A stretch of 64,000 nt of DNA from a bacterium. Its GTDB lineage: Bacteria; Zhuqueibacterota; Zhuqueibacteria; Residuimicrobiales; Krinioviventaceae. The notes beneath the pieces are model-generated. The model was not told where the DNA came from. It did not search any database and saw nothing but the letters and a program-made list of their open reading frames with translations. Positions 10,229 to 20,329 of the stretch are shown piece by piece. Positions within the stretch are counted from its first letter, which is position 1. Each line of letters starts with the position of its first letter. Both the position numbers and the translations under genes were made by a program. The stretch covers positions 1,408,001 to 1,472,000 of the forward strand of contig CAXXMD010000002.1 in the NCBI GenBank assembly GCA_963675755.2, given 5' to 3'.

Positions 10229-12082
10229 TCATTCACCAAGATAGTAGCTTGTCATAGGTGAATGAGAATATCCCATTGACCGGTGTGTTACATCATTACG
10301 GTAAAGTGGGTCCTGCATGAGACAAATACGCCTATCCTTTGCCGGTATTGTTGTTTGGTAAATTTGCAATTCACCATCGGTAAACGTAACAATTTCTTCA
10401 CGCCAGTCACCGGCTATATCGGCAATCAGTTGAACACCACGTCCCAGATCTTGCAGATAGGTCTCTCCTTTCCACTTGGAAACAGTGCCTCTGAATAGAA
10501 TCTCTCGCAATTTGTCACCATCCCACCAGACAAGAAAATCCTGCGGAGGTGCTTCCTGATCGATTCTTTTACCATCTGCCGTAAAATAAAAACGTTCACC
10601 AGCCACTTCCATACCCGGAAACGCAGGATCAATATCACCGACAATGGCACGACTCATTTCATTATCATTGGTGGCTTCCCTCACACCAAACAACAGATCT
10701 CCGGTTTTTGCGTCACGGAGATTTGCACCCAGTTGTGGATGCGGTTCTTCGATGATATACCAAACCTCAAGACCAGGGTGATCAGGATTAATGTCAGACA
10801 AGTAAAAGCGATCTCCATGTCCCAGACCAGTACACCACATGGTTTTACCATTATTATCAATTGCAATGGATCCATTCAGGATTTCATCACATCCATCACC
10901 GTCAATGTCTCCGGTTTTGATACTGTGTTGCCCCTGTCCCTGATACATAAACGGAGCGCGTTCGTTGGTCCAGCGCCAAATCTTTCTCAGCTTTTTATTT
11001 TCAAATGACCAGGCATCAATTTTCATCATACCATAAATACCGCGAACAACCAATACACTTGGTGTTTTACCATCAAGATAGGCAACACCCAACATATGAC
11101 GTAAAGAACGGTTACCGGAATTGTCTCCCCATTCCTGCACTGTGCCGCGCTCAATCCAGTCTACCTTGTCCAGTTCTTTTCCGGTTTCTCCATCATATAT
11201 AGACAGATATTCAGGTCCCTCTATTACAAATCCCTTACCGCCATCAATAGCTTCTTCCTGTGTAGCGGCGTAAGGTGCGGTCTTGACACAAACTTCAGCT
11301 TTATTGTCACCATCCAGATCCCGAACAACCATGGGTGAAAACCAGATACCCTGGTTAATATTCCAACCCAGATCAATGCGCCACATAAAATCACCGGTTT
11401 TACCATCATAAGCATCAATCTTGTAAGAATTATTGCTGGGACGTACTCGTCCGGGGTCAACACTCTGTCTCGGATGTTTGACTACAAAGTCGTAAACACC
11501 ATCTCCATTTAAATCACCTACAGCAATTCGATCCACACCCTCCACATCTTTTAATGGAATAGAACGATATTGCGGATTGCTTTTAGCGGGATCAACAGTT
11601 ACCTCTGCAAGTTTTTGATTATTCTTGCTTTCTTTTAAGACATATACGGTTTTACTATTTACTTTTATTTTATCTATAAAATCAGTGGTCAAAGAAATTG
11701 GACGGTCATTCAATTGCTTTTCTTTTTTCTTTTTATCCATACGAAAAATATTAAATGCAATTTCATCATCATCCGAGGCTAACAACCTCCATGACAAATA
11801 CACATTACCATCTGCCAGTACAGTACCTGTCAAACCGCGATCAATCTGTTCTTCAATTCGCTGTTCAGCCCAACCCAATTTCGCATCAGGATCATAAAGC
11901 GGATCAATTGCATAAAAATTGAGATTGGGTGGTATCTCTTCAGGTGTCAGTTCACGCAAAGTATTGTCATTGTTTTCAGGCGGACGTGTAGATATCTGTC
12001 TGGGTGGCCGTTGTTCCTGCGCCGGGCTGTATGTAATACTAATAAAAACCCAGATTAAAGTACAGATAACGATTTTTTTCAT
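10229..12082 (-). CDS. Rhamnogalacturonan lyase, PL11 (YesW/YesX-like beta-propeller)
   Basis: Motifs YLSWRLL, GDLNGDG, WRIDLGWNI, DLDGDNKAE, YLDG, GQGQH, GHGD and DIAGDWREE. Signal peptide from MKKIVI (12082). Confidence 0.85.
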   Translation of the reverse strand: MKKIVICTLIWVFISITYSPAQEQRPPRQISTRPPENNDNTLRELTPEEIPPNLNFYAIDPLYDPDAKLGWAEQRIEEQIDRGLTGTVLADGNVYLSWRLLASDDDEIAFNIFRMDKKKKEKQLNDRPISLTTDFIDKIKVNSKTVYVLKESKNNQKLAEVTVDPAKSNPQYRSIPLKDVEGVDRIAVGDLNGDGVYDFVVKHPRQSVDPGRVRPSNNSYKIDAYDGKTGDFMWRIDLGWNINQGIWFSPMVVRDLDGDNKAEVCVKTAPYAATQEEAIDGGKGFVIEGPEYLSIYDGETGKELDKVDWIERGTVQEWGDNSGNRSLRHMLGVAYLDGKTPSVLVVRGIYGMMKIDAWSFENKKLRKIWRWTNERAPFMYQGQGQHSIKTGDIDGDGCDEILNGSIAIDNNGKTMWCTGLGHGDRFYLSDINPDHPGLEVWYIIEEPHPQLGANLRDAKTGDLLFGVREATNDNEMSRAIVGDIDPAFPGMEVAGERFYFTADGKRIDQEAPPQDFLVWWDGDKLREILFRGTVSKWKGETYLQDLGRGVQLIADIAGDWREEIVTFTDGELQIYQTTIPAKDRRICLMQDPLYRNDVTHRSMGYSHSPMTSYYLGE

Positions 12083-12119
12083 TTCTTTTCCCTCTCTGAT
12101 TTTGAATAACAGTTCATTG

Positions 12120-14171
12120 CTATTGCTCAATCACCACCATTGAATATAAACGGGTTTCGGGCACGGTAAAAGTAATTTTTCCATTTTTTTCTACAAATTC
12201 CAGATTTACAGGATCATCTAAATCCGGAGTAAAACATTTTACTGATTTGATTTTGCCATCATATTGTTTTTGAATTGTGGTCTCAAATGCAGATTCCGGT
12301 TGTTCTTTAAAGTTGATAAAATGCGCCAGTGTTTCATGGGATTTATCCCGGTTGAGCAGTTCCATTACAGTAGTGAGAGACGCATCACACTCTATTGCAA
12401 GTCCGTCAGGAATATTGGATACAAGGGTCTGATATATCTCGCGATGATTTGACGGTAATACCCATTGCGGTGGTGACATCTTTTCACCTCTTCGCAATGT
12501 CGCACCCGGTTCAGGATCATCAACCATAAAATCCAGTGATTTTTTCTCTTTTTTACCCGGTATAATCTCGGGAATATAAACAATCTTGCCTTTGCCTTCT
12601 TTTCTTGCAGGTAATAAGGGATTGGTATGTCTCTGTTCTCTCCATCCGTTATACTCGGCAGTATTACCGGTTATAAGCAACGTGCCACCGTTACGAACAT
12701 AGTTGAGCAGCAATTCAACCTGCTCGTTTGAAACACATTCCTGGCCCGCCAGTACAATTGCTTTATACTGATCAGCACGATCAAGTTGCTCTTCAAACAG
12801 CAAGTCAAAAGGTACTTTGTGCTGAATCAGGATTTGTTCCATAAGGGTAGCCGGTTCATATGCAGCGTTAATGCTATAAGCCATAGAAGCCCAGTTGCGC
12901 AGCACAGCAACATCGGCGACATTATCGGTTAATGTGTAATACCGATCATTGTACTCTCTAAAGAATTCCAGTTCGGGTGTAAATGCATCAAACGCTCCGG
13001 AACCAAAAGGCGCGCCAACGGCTCCCGGGATCTGTTTCTGATGTCCAAATGCCATGTGCAAAACTGCTTCAAGAGGCTTGCGACAGGAATTTTCACAACC
13101 GGTATTCAAACGTCTGGCAATCTTGTACGAACGGATCTGCGAGATCAACGCACCGGTATTCTCATCTATATGTGCATCATAGCCACCCGTGTCAAAAGCC
13201 AACAAATCAATATGATCTTTGAAAAAGGGTTGATATACCGCATTGGTCCAATACCGGTTAAAACTGTAAACACCTTTGATATTAAATAATACAACAACAT
13301 TGGGATTCTGGCTCTTTACATATTCGTAAAGATCATTGCAATGATTGGCAAGCGACATGCAACGAAAACGTACCCATTCCTGCAGCACCGGATCATTCAA
13401 TTCACGGATACCTGCCGGTTGGGATTCGGATGACCATTCATTCACTTTTATCCATTCAGGATCCGGTAAACCAAAACGTCGCATCATGGCTTCTTTTGTG
13501 GGATATTCCTCTCGCAGATAATCGCGAAACGCTTTCATGCAACGGGGACAACGACAGGATTTGGGTTCTGTCTGCAGCATAATATTATCGAAGGCAATCT
13601 CGTCCGCATGCAGCTCATTTATACCAATATCCAGTATACGTTTAACATAATCCCGATAGGCTGGTTCATTAGGACATGCATAATGGCGAAAAGTCTGCAA
13701 TCCATAAGGGACCCATTGGTCATTCTGGTCCCGCTGTTCCCAATTCACAGCCTGAGGAACTTCTCGATACAGCGTTTCGGTAAACATGGTACCGGCCATA
13801 TAGATACTGACTTTCATGCCTTGCTTGTGCATAATGTCCGCAGTTGCAATGGCTTTTTTTATATTTGGCATTTCATATTCCAGGCCAAAGCCTTTGTAGA
13901 AAAATATCCTTCCCCATTTTACGCCGGCTTTTGCCATGTTGACAATATTATCAGGAGAGCACATGTCTTCATAACGTTGAGGTTCGTTATCAAAATGTCC
14001 CCCACGCCGCATCAGGAATTCGATGGGTTCATGCGTTAACCAGGTTATATCTTGAGCTTGTTCCTGGTGTTGTTCAGCTCGTTTTTGCCATTTGGTTTTT
14101 GAATTATTTTCAATAGCCCAAAGCTGTAATGAACATAAAATTACACAAAATAAAATGATTTGCTTTTTCAT
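12120..14171 (-). CDS. Secreted unassigned glycoside hydrolase-like protein (TIM barrel plus GH42-type trimerisation/GATase-like domain)
   Basis: Signal peptide; ACPNEPAYRDY, IAFDN, CRCPRC..AFRDYL; C-terminal HKVPFDLL...YVRNGGTLLITG typical of the GH42-like second domain. Confidence 0.55.
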   Translation of the reverse strand: MKKQIILFCVILCSLQLWAIENNSKTKWQKRAEQHQEQAQDITWLTHEPIEFLMRRGGHFDNEPQRYEDMCSPDNIVNMAKAGVKWGRIFFYKGFGLEYEMPNIKKAIATADIMHKQGMKVSIYMAGTMFTETLYREVPQAVNWEQRDQNDQWVPYGLQTFRHYACPNEPAYRDYVKRILDIGINELHADEIAFDNIMLQTEPKSCRCPRCMKAFRDYLREEYPTKEAMMRRFGLPDPEWIKVNEWSSESQPAGIRELNDPVLQEWVRFRCMSLANHCNDLYEYVKSQNPNVVVLFNIKGVYSFNRYWTNAVYQPFFKDHIDLLAFDTGGYDAHIDENTGALISQIRSYKIARRLNTGCENSCRKPLEAVLHMAFGHQKQIPGAVGAPFGSGAFDAFTPELEFFREYNDRYYTLTDNVADVAVLRNWASMAYSINAAYEPATLMEQILIQHKVPFDLLFEEQLDRADQYKAIVLAGQECVSNEQVELLLNYVRNGGTLLITGNTAEYNGWREQRHTNPLLPARKEGKGKIVYIPEIIPGKKEKKSLDFMVDDPEPGATLRRGEKMSPPQWVLPSNHREIYQTLVSNIPDGLAIECDASLTTVMELLNRDKSHETLAHFINFKEQPESAFETTIQKQYDGKIKSVKCFTPDLDDPVNLEFVEKNGKITFTVPETRLYSMVVIEQ

Positions 14172-14186
14172 CTCGTTTTATCCTTG

Positions 14187-16472
14187 TCAGTTATTAAGCA
14201 ATTCCTGCAATATCATGGTGCTGCTAAGGTCTTTTATGGTCAGGTTTTTCTTGTTTCCGGCAGCATTCCATGCGGTTTTAATATATTTCAGTTCAGATTT
14301 ATCCAATGTTGTATCAATTTCACGTTTAGCATTGACCATATGGGTTAAAACCACATGCCTGGGCGCCAGAGATGCCAGTAATTGCGGGGTATCATAATAT
14401 GCCAGCACATTATGAATGAACAAAAACGGGCTTGCAGCGCCATATGGTTTTACCGCCAGCTCTTTAAAAGAACTCACCATATGGTCCAGCACAATATTTT
14501 CAATATTTTCATCCAATACTGCCGCATGCAGAGCCAGCATGGCACCGTCGCCATAGCCATAAATATCCAATGATTTCCCTTGCATATCCGGACGGGATTC
14601 CAGATATGCGATACCGCTCATCAAATCATGTAGCCGCATACCAAACAATGGTTTTTGCATTTCGTATGCAAAGGCATTAAAATCTGCTTCATTATCCTCT
14701 CTGCCGTAAATGATCTGATATCCTTTGAATACCGGGCCATCATCACGGTTCTTTTGCTCAGGGTGCGGATCAGCAAATTCATTATATCCCCGCAGGTCCA
14801 TTGCAAACACACGACAGCCGGATTGAGCAATTTGTTTTATGGTTTCTATACCATTGGCTTTGCCGCGCTCATGTACGTAGACAACCGTACGACCGGTTTC
14901 CCGATCAAAAGAATCCGGGGTCAGCAGTATGCCAGGCATCCACAGACCCCGGTCGGAGTGAAGTAAAATTCTTTCGAGTTTGAAATCATCACCACTGGAC
15001 GTATTAACAATACGAGACTCTACATTTGAAGGTATTGCATCCAGTTTCAAAACGGTTTTAATTTTATCCGAAACAGATTCCCGCAATGCATCAATATCAG
15101 ATCGTGATTTTATTTCAGCAAAAGATGGAGCAATTTCCCGAACATATTTTTCATTCAAGGTCAGTAACGATTCACTTCCCAACTCTTCAACAGAACCGGA
15201 TTGGGTAACATTAATATCTTTAGCGCCTCTAACCTCTACCGGTATTTCTACATTAGTTTCGTCCAGTTTGTCAAATTTCTGATTCAACCAGTGATACATG
15301 GTCTCACGAGATTCACGGTTGTAATTATGCGGCGCACCAATAAGATGATACGCTACAGTGCGGTCTCTATCATCGCCATACACACGAGTAAATACACCAT
15401 TGATCTCGTTATACATATCTACAGAAGTATTTAAAATATCTTTATCACCGGTGGCGTTAATAAGCATCATGTCTTTAACATTGTTCATCATGAGCAAATC
15501 AGACAATTCAAATCCATATCGAATACGTCCTGGAATGTTTTGCTCACCATCCAGATTGCCTTTTCCGGAATGCGGAACCGTACCATAATGCCAGTTAGCA
15601 CATACCGGAATAACTGCGGTAATTCGGGGATCAGCACCTGCAACATATTGTGTTTGAGATCCGCCTCCCGATGCACCGGTCACCGCAATGCGGCTTGTGT
15701 CTGCATTATCAAGACCGCACAAAACATCAATTCCACGGATACAATCCCAGATAAAGTAATTCGTCATATTATGTCCGGTTAGATGGAGCTGCAGGTTTAA
15801 TGCAATATGCTGATGTGTTGCCTGTCCCATGTCAGATTCCATTTCAGAATCAGGATTAAACAAAATCTTGCGTTCACCCTGCCCAAAGGGATCAAAGGCA
15901 AGCACGATATAGCCCAAACGCGCAAGCATGGAACAACGTTGCTGCATGTGTGTTGCACCTTTACCATCAATCTGTCCTTTACCTCCCCACCAGTGCCCGG
16001 TTGTACATAACATGAGCGGATAAGGAACGCTATGGGTCTTGGGCACATACAGATTTGCGGTTACCAGGTATCCCGGTAAACTTTCGTATGTAATTCGGGA
16101 CAGGTCATAATCTCCACAATCCACAGTACCATAGTATTTAACATTTAATGGTGATTTTTCAGGAAAAGGGCCTACACATTCCGTATAAATGTTGCGCATT
16201 TTTTCACGGTACAGATCAAATCCAGCGGCATCCTGAACCGCATCAAGCTCGGATCTACGTTGAGCAAAGGCAGCATCTGCTATATCTCCAAAATAATCCA
16301 GTAACTGCTGGTTTGGATCAGCTACATCCATACCTACAGAGATAACAACCAGATCTTTAACAGAAAGATCAGACAACTCGACAGCAGTACTTTTTAATGA
16401 TACTGTTAAGATAAATCCTAAAATCAAAATTCCCGGATAAAAACATAATTTTTTAATCATTTTCTTTATCAT
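14187..16472 (-). CDS. Secreted two-domain alpha/beta-hydrolase carbohydrate esterase (CE19/acetylxylan-esterase-like)
   Basis: ESLPG..VTANLY.P, GHW, DPFGQGER, nucleophile elbow TGASGGG and HNY. The second alpha/beta domain has GYGDGA with no Ser. Confidence 0.7.
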   Translation of the reverse strand: MIKKMIKKLCFYPGILILGFILTVSLKSTAVELSDLSVKDLVVISVGMDVADPNQQLLDYFGDIADAAFAQRRSELDAVQDAAGFDLYREKMRNIYTECVGPFPEKSPLNVKYYGTVDCGDYDLSRITYESLPGYLVTANLYVPKTHSVPYPLMLCTTGHWWGGKGQIDGKGATHMQQRCSMLARLGYIVLAFDPFGQGERKILFNPDSEMESDMGQATHQHIALNLQLHLTGHNMTNYFIWDCIRGIDVLCGLDNADTSRIAVTGASGGGSQTQYVAGADPRITAVIPVCANWHYGTVPHSGKGNLDGEQNIPGRIRYGFELSDLLMMNNVKDMMLINATGDKDILNTSVDMYNEINGVFTRVYGDDRDRTVAYHLIGAPHNYNRESRETMYHWLNQKFDKLDETNVEIPVEVRGAKDINVTQSGSVEELGSESLLTLNEKYVREIAPSFAEIKSRSDIDALRESVSDKIKTVLKLDAIPSNVESRIVNTSSGDDFKLERILLHSDRGLWMPGILLTPDSFDRETGRTVVYVHERGKANGIETIKQIAQSGCRVFAMDLRGYNEFADPHPEQKNRDDGPVFKGYQIIYGREDNEADFNAFAYEMQKPLFGMRLHDLMSGIAYLESRPDMQGKSLDIYGYGDGAMLALHAAVLDENIENIVLDHMVSSFKELAVKPYGAASPFLFIHNVLAYYDTPQLLASLAPRHVVLTHMVNAKREIDTTLDKSELKYIKTAWNAAGNKKNLTIKDLSSTMILQELLNN

Positions 16473-16479
16473 CCTGATT

Positions 16480-18726
16480 TTAATTCATAGAAAAATTACT
16501 AAATTTTTTAACAAAATGGTTCTGATCAACGTTTGTCAAGGTAAGACTTTTGCTAAAACTAGAGTCGTCAAAAGAATATACCTTTCTTACCAGATCTAAA
16601 TTCATTTCATGCCGATTCGCATCAACAACATTGGAAACAAAGACAGACCGATTGCCTAGCGATTTCAACAGATCAGGCACATCATAAAATGACAATACGT
16701 TGTGAACAAACAAATATGGACTCTGAGCCCCATAGGGTTGAATTGCCAGTTCACGAAAAGATACCGGTAAACGGTATAGCCCGATATGTTCAATATCGTT
16801 GCACATTACAGCCGCATGCAATGCAAGCATTGCACCGTCACCAAATCCACAAATCTCAAGCGCATGTTTAGACACATCCGATCGGGAACGCAGATAATTA
16901 ATCCCAACAAGCACATCCTTTAACCGCATACCGAAAAGTGGTTCTTCCAGTTCAATACCAAATGCGTTAAAATCCAGATCATAATCATCGGGACTGAAAA
17001 TAATATCATAACCGATAAAATCCGGATTATCATTACCGGGACTCTGTTCCGGATGTAGGTCCGGGTATTCATTAAATCCACGGGTATCAGAAGCAAAAAC
17101 CTGATATCCCTGCTTTACAAAATTGATGATATTTTCAAATCCGTTAGCCTTGCCACGTTCATGGATGTAAATTAAAGTACGGCCGTTATTTGGATTAAAA
17201 TGCTCAGGAGTCAACAGAATTGCAGGTATCCAGAGTTCATCTACCTGATAAACCAATTTTTCAATCTTGAAATCATCTCCCTGTGTAACATCTATTTGTT
17301 TGGTGGATGTAATTTCAGGTATGTTATTCAATTTCAACACAGTTTGAATTCGATTTTGCATATCCTGAGACGCAGGAACGATTTCTTTGGCAAACGTGGC
17401 GTTTATTGATAAAAGTGTTTCACTTTTCAGTTCTTCCAGATTACCAGATTGGGTAATATTGATATCCTGAGCTGGTAATTGTTTTACTGGTACTTCCAGT
17501 GCAGGAGCGTCTTGAATCACAAATTTCTGATCAAGCCAATTATATAGGGTTTCCCGGAATTCTCTGTTAAAACTATGCGGTGCACCAATGAGATGGTAAG
17601 ATATGGAACGACCATCAACTATAGGAAAAATTCGGTCATAAAGTCCCAGAATTTCATTATACATATTTACAGAACTGGATAAAAGCCTGGTATCGCCTGT
17701 GGCATTCATGAGCAGTACATCCCTGGCATTACTCATATAAAGCAAGTCTGCCAGGTCAAGTTCGTATTTAATCCTGCCGGGAATATTCTGTTCTCCATCA
17801 ACATTGCCAATACCGGGGTCGTGTTTATCTCCCTGCTGCCAATTGGAACATACAGGAACCACTGCTTTGATACGGGGATCAACAGCCGCAACAAATTGTG
17901 CTTGTGATCCCCCTCCCGAGGCACCAACAACAGCAATCCGTGTTGTATCCGCATTTTTCAAATTACAGAGGACATCAATCCCCCGTATACAATCCCAAAC
18001 AAACATTTGTGTTAAATTGTGGCCTGTTAAATGGAGCTGCAAGTTCATAACAATATGTTGATGTTTGTTACGACCCATTTTAGATTGATGCTCCATTGAC
18101 GGATCAAATAGCATCTTGCGTTCACCTTGTCCAAATGGATCGATTGCAAGTACAAGGCAACCATGCCGGGCCAGGTTGGCACATAGAATCTGTACGTGAT
18201 CAAAGCCTTTTCCATCCAATTCAGAGCCTCTGCCCCACCAGTGGCCGGTGGTGCTCAAAACCAGTGGGTATGGTCCTTCAAGCTGAACCGGACTGTACAA
18301 GTTGGCTGTTACAAGATAGCCAGGCATACTTTCAAACGTTATCCGACTGACAGTGTATTCACCACAATCTGTTGTCCCATAAAATTTCACATCAAGAGGG
18401 CATTTTTCAGGGAATTTGCCAAGAGCATGCTGATAATCCTTTTGCTTTGAAAAGCGGTAATCATCAAATTGAGAAATAGTAGTAATTGAATCCAGTACCT
18501 GTTTTCGATGTTGATACTTTTTTTGCATGATTCTGCTAAAATACGATAACAACTGCTGTTCGGGTGTGTTTAAATTATCATCCTCATTGATTACCTGAAA
18601 ATCTTTAACAGTCAAATCCGATAAACTTACTGCACCCAGATCAATTACAGCAGCAACCAGGATACAGCTTATGAATATGAAAAATATATTATCGAATTTC
18701 TTGAACCGCATACTTTTCTCAAACAA
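16480..18726 (-). CDS. Secreted two-domain alpha/beta-hydrolase carbohydrate esterase, paralogue of 14187-16472
   Basis: Same motifs: ESMPGYLVTANLY, TTGHWWG, VGASGGG, DGEQNIPGRI and YHLIGAPH. Second domain has GFGDGA. Confidence 0.7.
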   Translation of the reverse strand: MFEKSMRFKKFDNIFFIFISCILVAAVIDLGAVSLSDLTVKDFQVINEDDNLNTPEQQLLSYFSRIMQKKYQHRKQVLDSITTISQFDDYRFSKQKDYQHALGKFPEKCPLDVKFYGTTDCGEYTVSRITFESMPGYLVTANLYSPVQLEGPYPLVLSTTGHWWGRGSELDGKGFDHVQILCANLARHGCLVLAIDPFGQGERKMLFDPSMEHQSKMGRNKHQHIVMNLQLHLTGHNLTQMFVWDCIRGIDVLCNLKNADTTRIAVVGASGGGSQAQFVAAVDPRIKAVVPVCSNWQQGDKHDPGIGNVDGEQNIPGRIKYELDLADLLYMSNARDVLLMNATGDTRLLSSSVNMYNEILGLYDRIFPIVDGRSISYHLIGAPHSFNREFRETLYNWLDQKFVIQDAPALEVPVKQLPAQDINITQSGNLEELKSETLLSINATFAKEIVPASQDMQNRIQTVLKLNNIPEITSTKQIDVTQGDDFKIEKLVYQVDELWIPAILLTPEHFNPNNGRTLIYIHERGKANGFENIINFVKQGYQVFASDTRGFNEYPDLHPEQSPGNDNPDFIGYDIIFSPDDYDLDFNAFGIELEEPLFGMRLKDVLVGINYLRSRSDVSKHALEICGFGDGAMLALHAAVMCNDIEHIGLYRLPVSFRELAIQPYGAQSPYLFVHNVLSFYDVPDLLKSLGNRSVFVSNVVDANRHEMNLDLVRKVYSFDDSSFSKSLTLTNVDQNHFVKKFSNFSMN

Positions 18727-18743
18727 GATTAAACAGATTTACA

Positions 18744-20300
18744 TCATACTTTATTAATTCGTGACCATCCACTTATTGTTAAATTATCATCAAGCTTGGT
18801 TGATTTGAACAAGAAACTGCTAAAATAGCCAACCACCATCAAAACCAGATGACTGTAAACACCCAGCATATACTTGTGCTGTGAAAAATTAAATTTACCC
18901 AAATCCAACAAGATCCGGGGTTCATCTCCAATAGGGAACTTTGTCGAAGTCAACACGGCCCAACCGGTAAACAGTATACAGGCAATAATTCCAATATTAG
19001 CTCCCTGACGGTTTGCCCGTTTGCTGAACAAACCCAGAATAAACAGTCCTGCAATACCTCCGGAAAAAATAGCATACAGTGTAAAAACAATACCCAAAAC
19101 ACCGGTATCACCTGCTTTGACATACAATGTTGCTACAATCATTGCTGCCAAACCAGACAAAAGTACTACAGTTCTCCCTATAACCATTTGCTGTTTTTCC
19201 GTACAATTGGGATTAAAGCGTTTATAATAATCTTCAACTCCAATAGCGGCAAGACAGTTGAGGTCAGAGTCCAGGCTTGATATAGCTGCCGCTACCAAAG
19301 CGGCAAGGATCAGCCCGATGACACCAACAGGGAGTTCTGACATGATAAAAATCGGGAAAACCGCATCAGGACGAATATCTGCTGGTAATACACCACTATT
19401 GATTTGATAAAATGAATACAAGGCTGTACCAATAAACATAAAAATAGCCCAAACAGGTACGCTTAAAAACACACCCATTAAAGCAGCTTTGATAGCACCT
19501 TTTTCAGAACGTGCGGTAAGATAGCGTTGAACAATGGTCTGGTCTGTTCCATATTTCTGAATTGCGTAAAATACACCGTTCAGTGCCATTACAATAAATG
19601 TCAGTTTTTTAAAATCCCAATCAAAGGGGCCAAAACCCATTTTGTGATTTTCCATAGCTATTCTGATTACTTCTGAAGGGCCTCCCTCTGGTATAAAAAG
19701 CAGAAAGGCCATACAAAGCAAACCGCCGCCTATGAGCATAAATCCCTGAAATACATCTAGCCAGATAACCGCCTCTATCCCCCCGAGCAACGTAAGCACA
19801 ACCACTGATACACCCAGCACCCAGATAATCATATAGGTACTGACACCCATAATGTTGGAAAGAGCAAGGGCAAGCAAAAAGAAAACAGTACCCATTTTTG
19901 AAAAATGAGCAAGTATAAATGCCAGCGAGCTGTACAAACGCGCCATAAATCCAAATCTTTTCTCAAAATACTCGTAAGCACTAATACCAATAACCTGACG
20001 GTACAAGGGGACAATAAATTTCACCAACGCAACCAAAACAATGGGTACCATTAATCCCTGGACAAGACGTATCCAGTTTGACGCATAGCCTTCTCCGGGA
20101 TAGGCCAAAAAAGTTACACTACTGATTAATGTAGCAAGGATTGACATGCCCACAGCCCATGAAGGGATCGATCCGCTGGCCGCAAAATACTTTTTGGTAT
20201 TATTTTGACCACGTGAGAAAAACGCTCCAAGGCCCAATGCAATCAAGAGCGAAACAAAAATGATGATATAGTCAATAATATGCAATGCAGGTTGTTCCAT
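18744..20300 (-). CDS. Sodium:solute symporter (SSS/SLC5, sialic-acid transporter SiaT-like)
   Basis: Motifs SILATLISSVTFLAYPG, SAYEYFEKRF, GGIEAVIWLD, DQTIVQRYL and AAAISSLDS. Confidence 0.9.
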   Translation of the reverse strand: MEQPALHIIDYIIIFVSLLIALGLGAFFSRGQNNTKKYFAASGSIPSWAVGMSILATLISSVTFLAYPGEGYASNWIRLVQGLMVPIVLVALVKFIVPLYRQVIGISAYEYFEKRFGFMARLYSSLAFILAHFSKMGTVFFLLALALSNIMGVSTYMIIWVLGVSVVVLTLLGGIEAVIWLDVFQGFMLIGGGLLCMAFLLFIPEGGPSEVIRIAMENHKMGFGPFDWDFKKLTFIVMALNGVFYAIQKYGTDQTIVQRYLTARSEKGAIKAALMGVFLSVPVWAIFMFIGTALYSFYQINSGVLPADIRPDAVFPIFIMSELPVGVIGLILAALVAAAISSLDSDLNCLAAIGVEDYYKRFNPNCTEKQQMVIGRTVVLLSGLAAMIVATLYVKAGDTGVLGIVFTLYAIFSGGIAGLFILGLFSKRANRQGANIGIIACILFTGWAVLTSTKFPIGDEPRILLDLGKFNFSQHKYMLGVYSHLVLMVVGYFSSFLFKSTKLDDNLTISGWSRINKV

Positions 20301-20329
20301 TTGCAGCTCCTATATTGGTAAAACGGATC

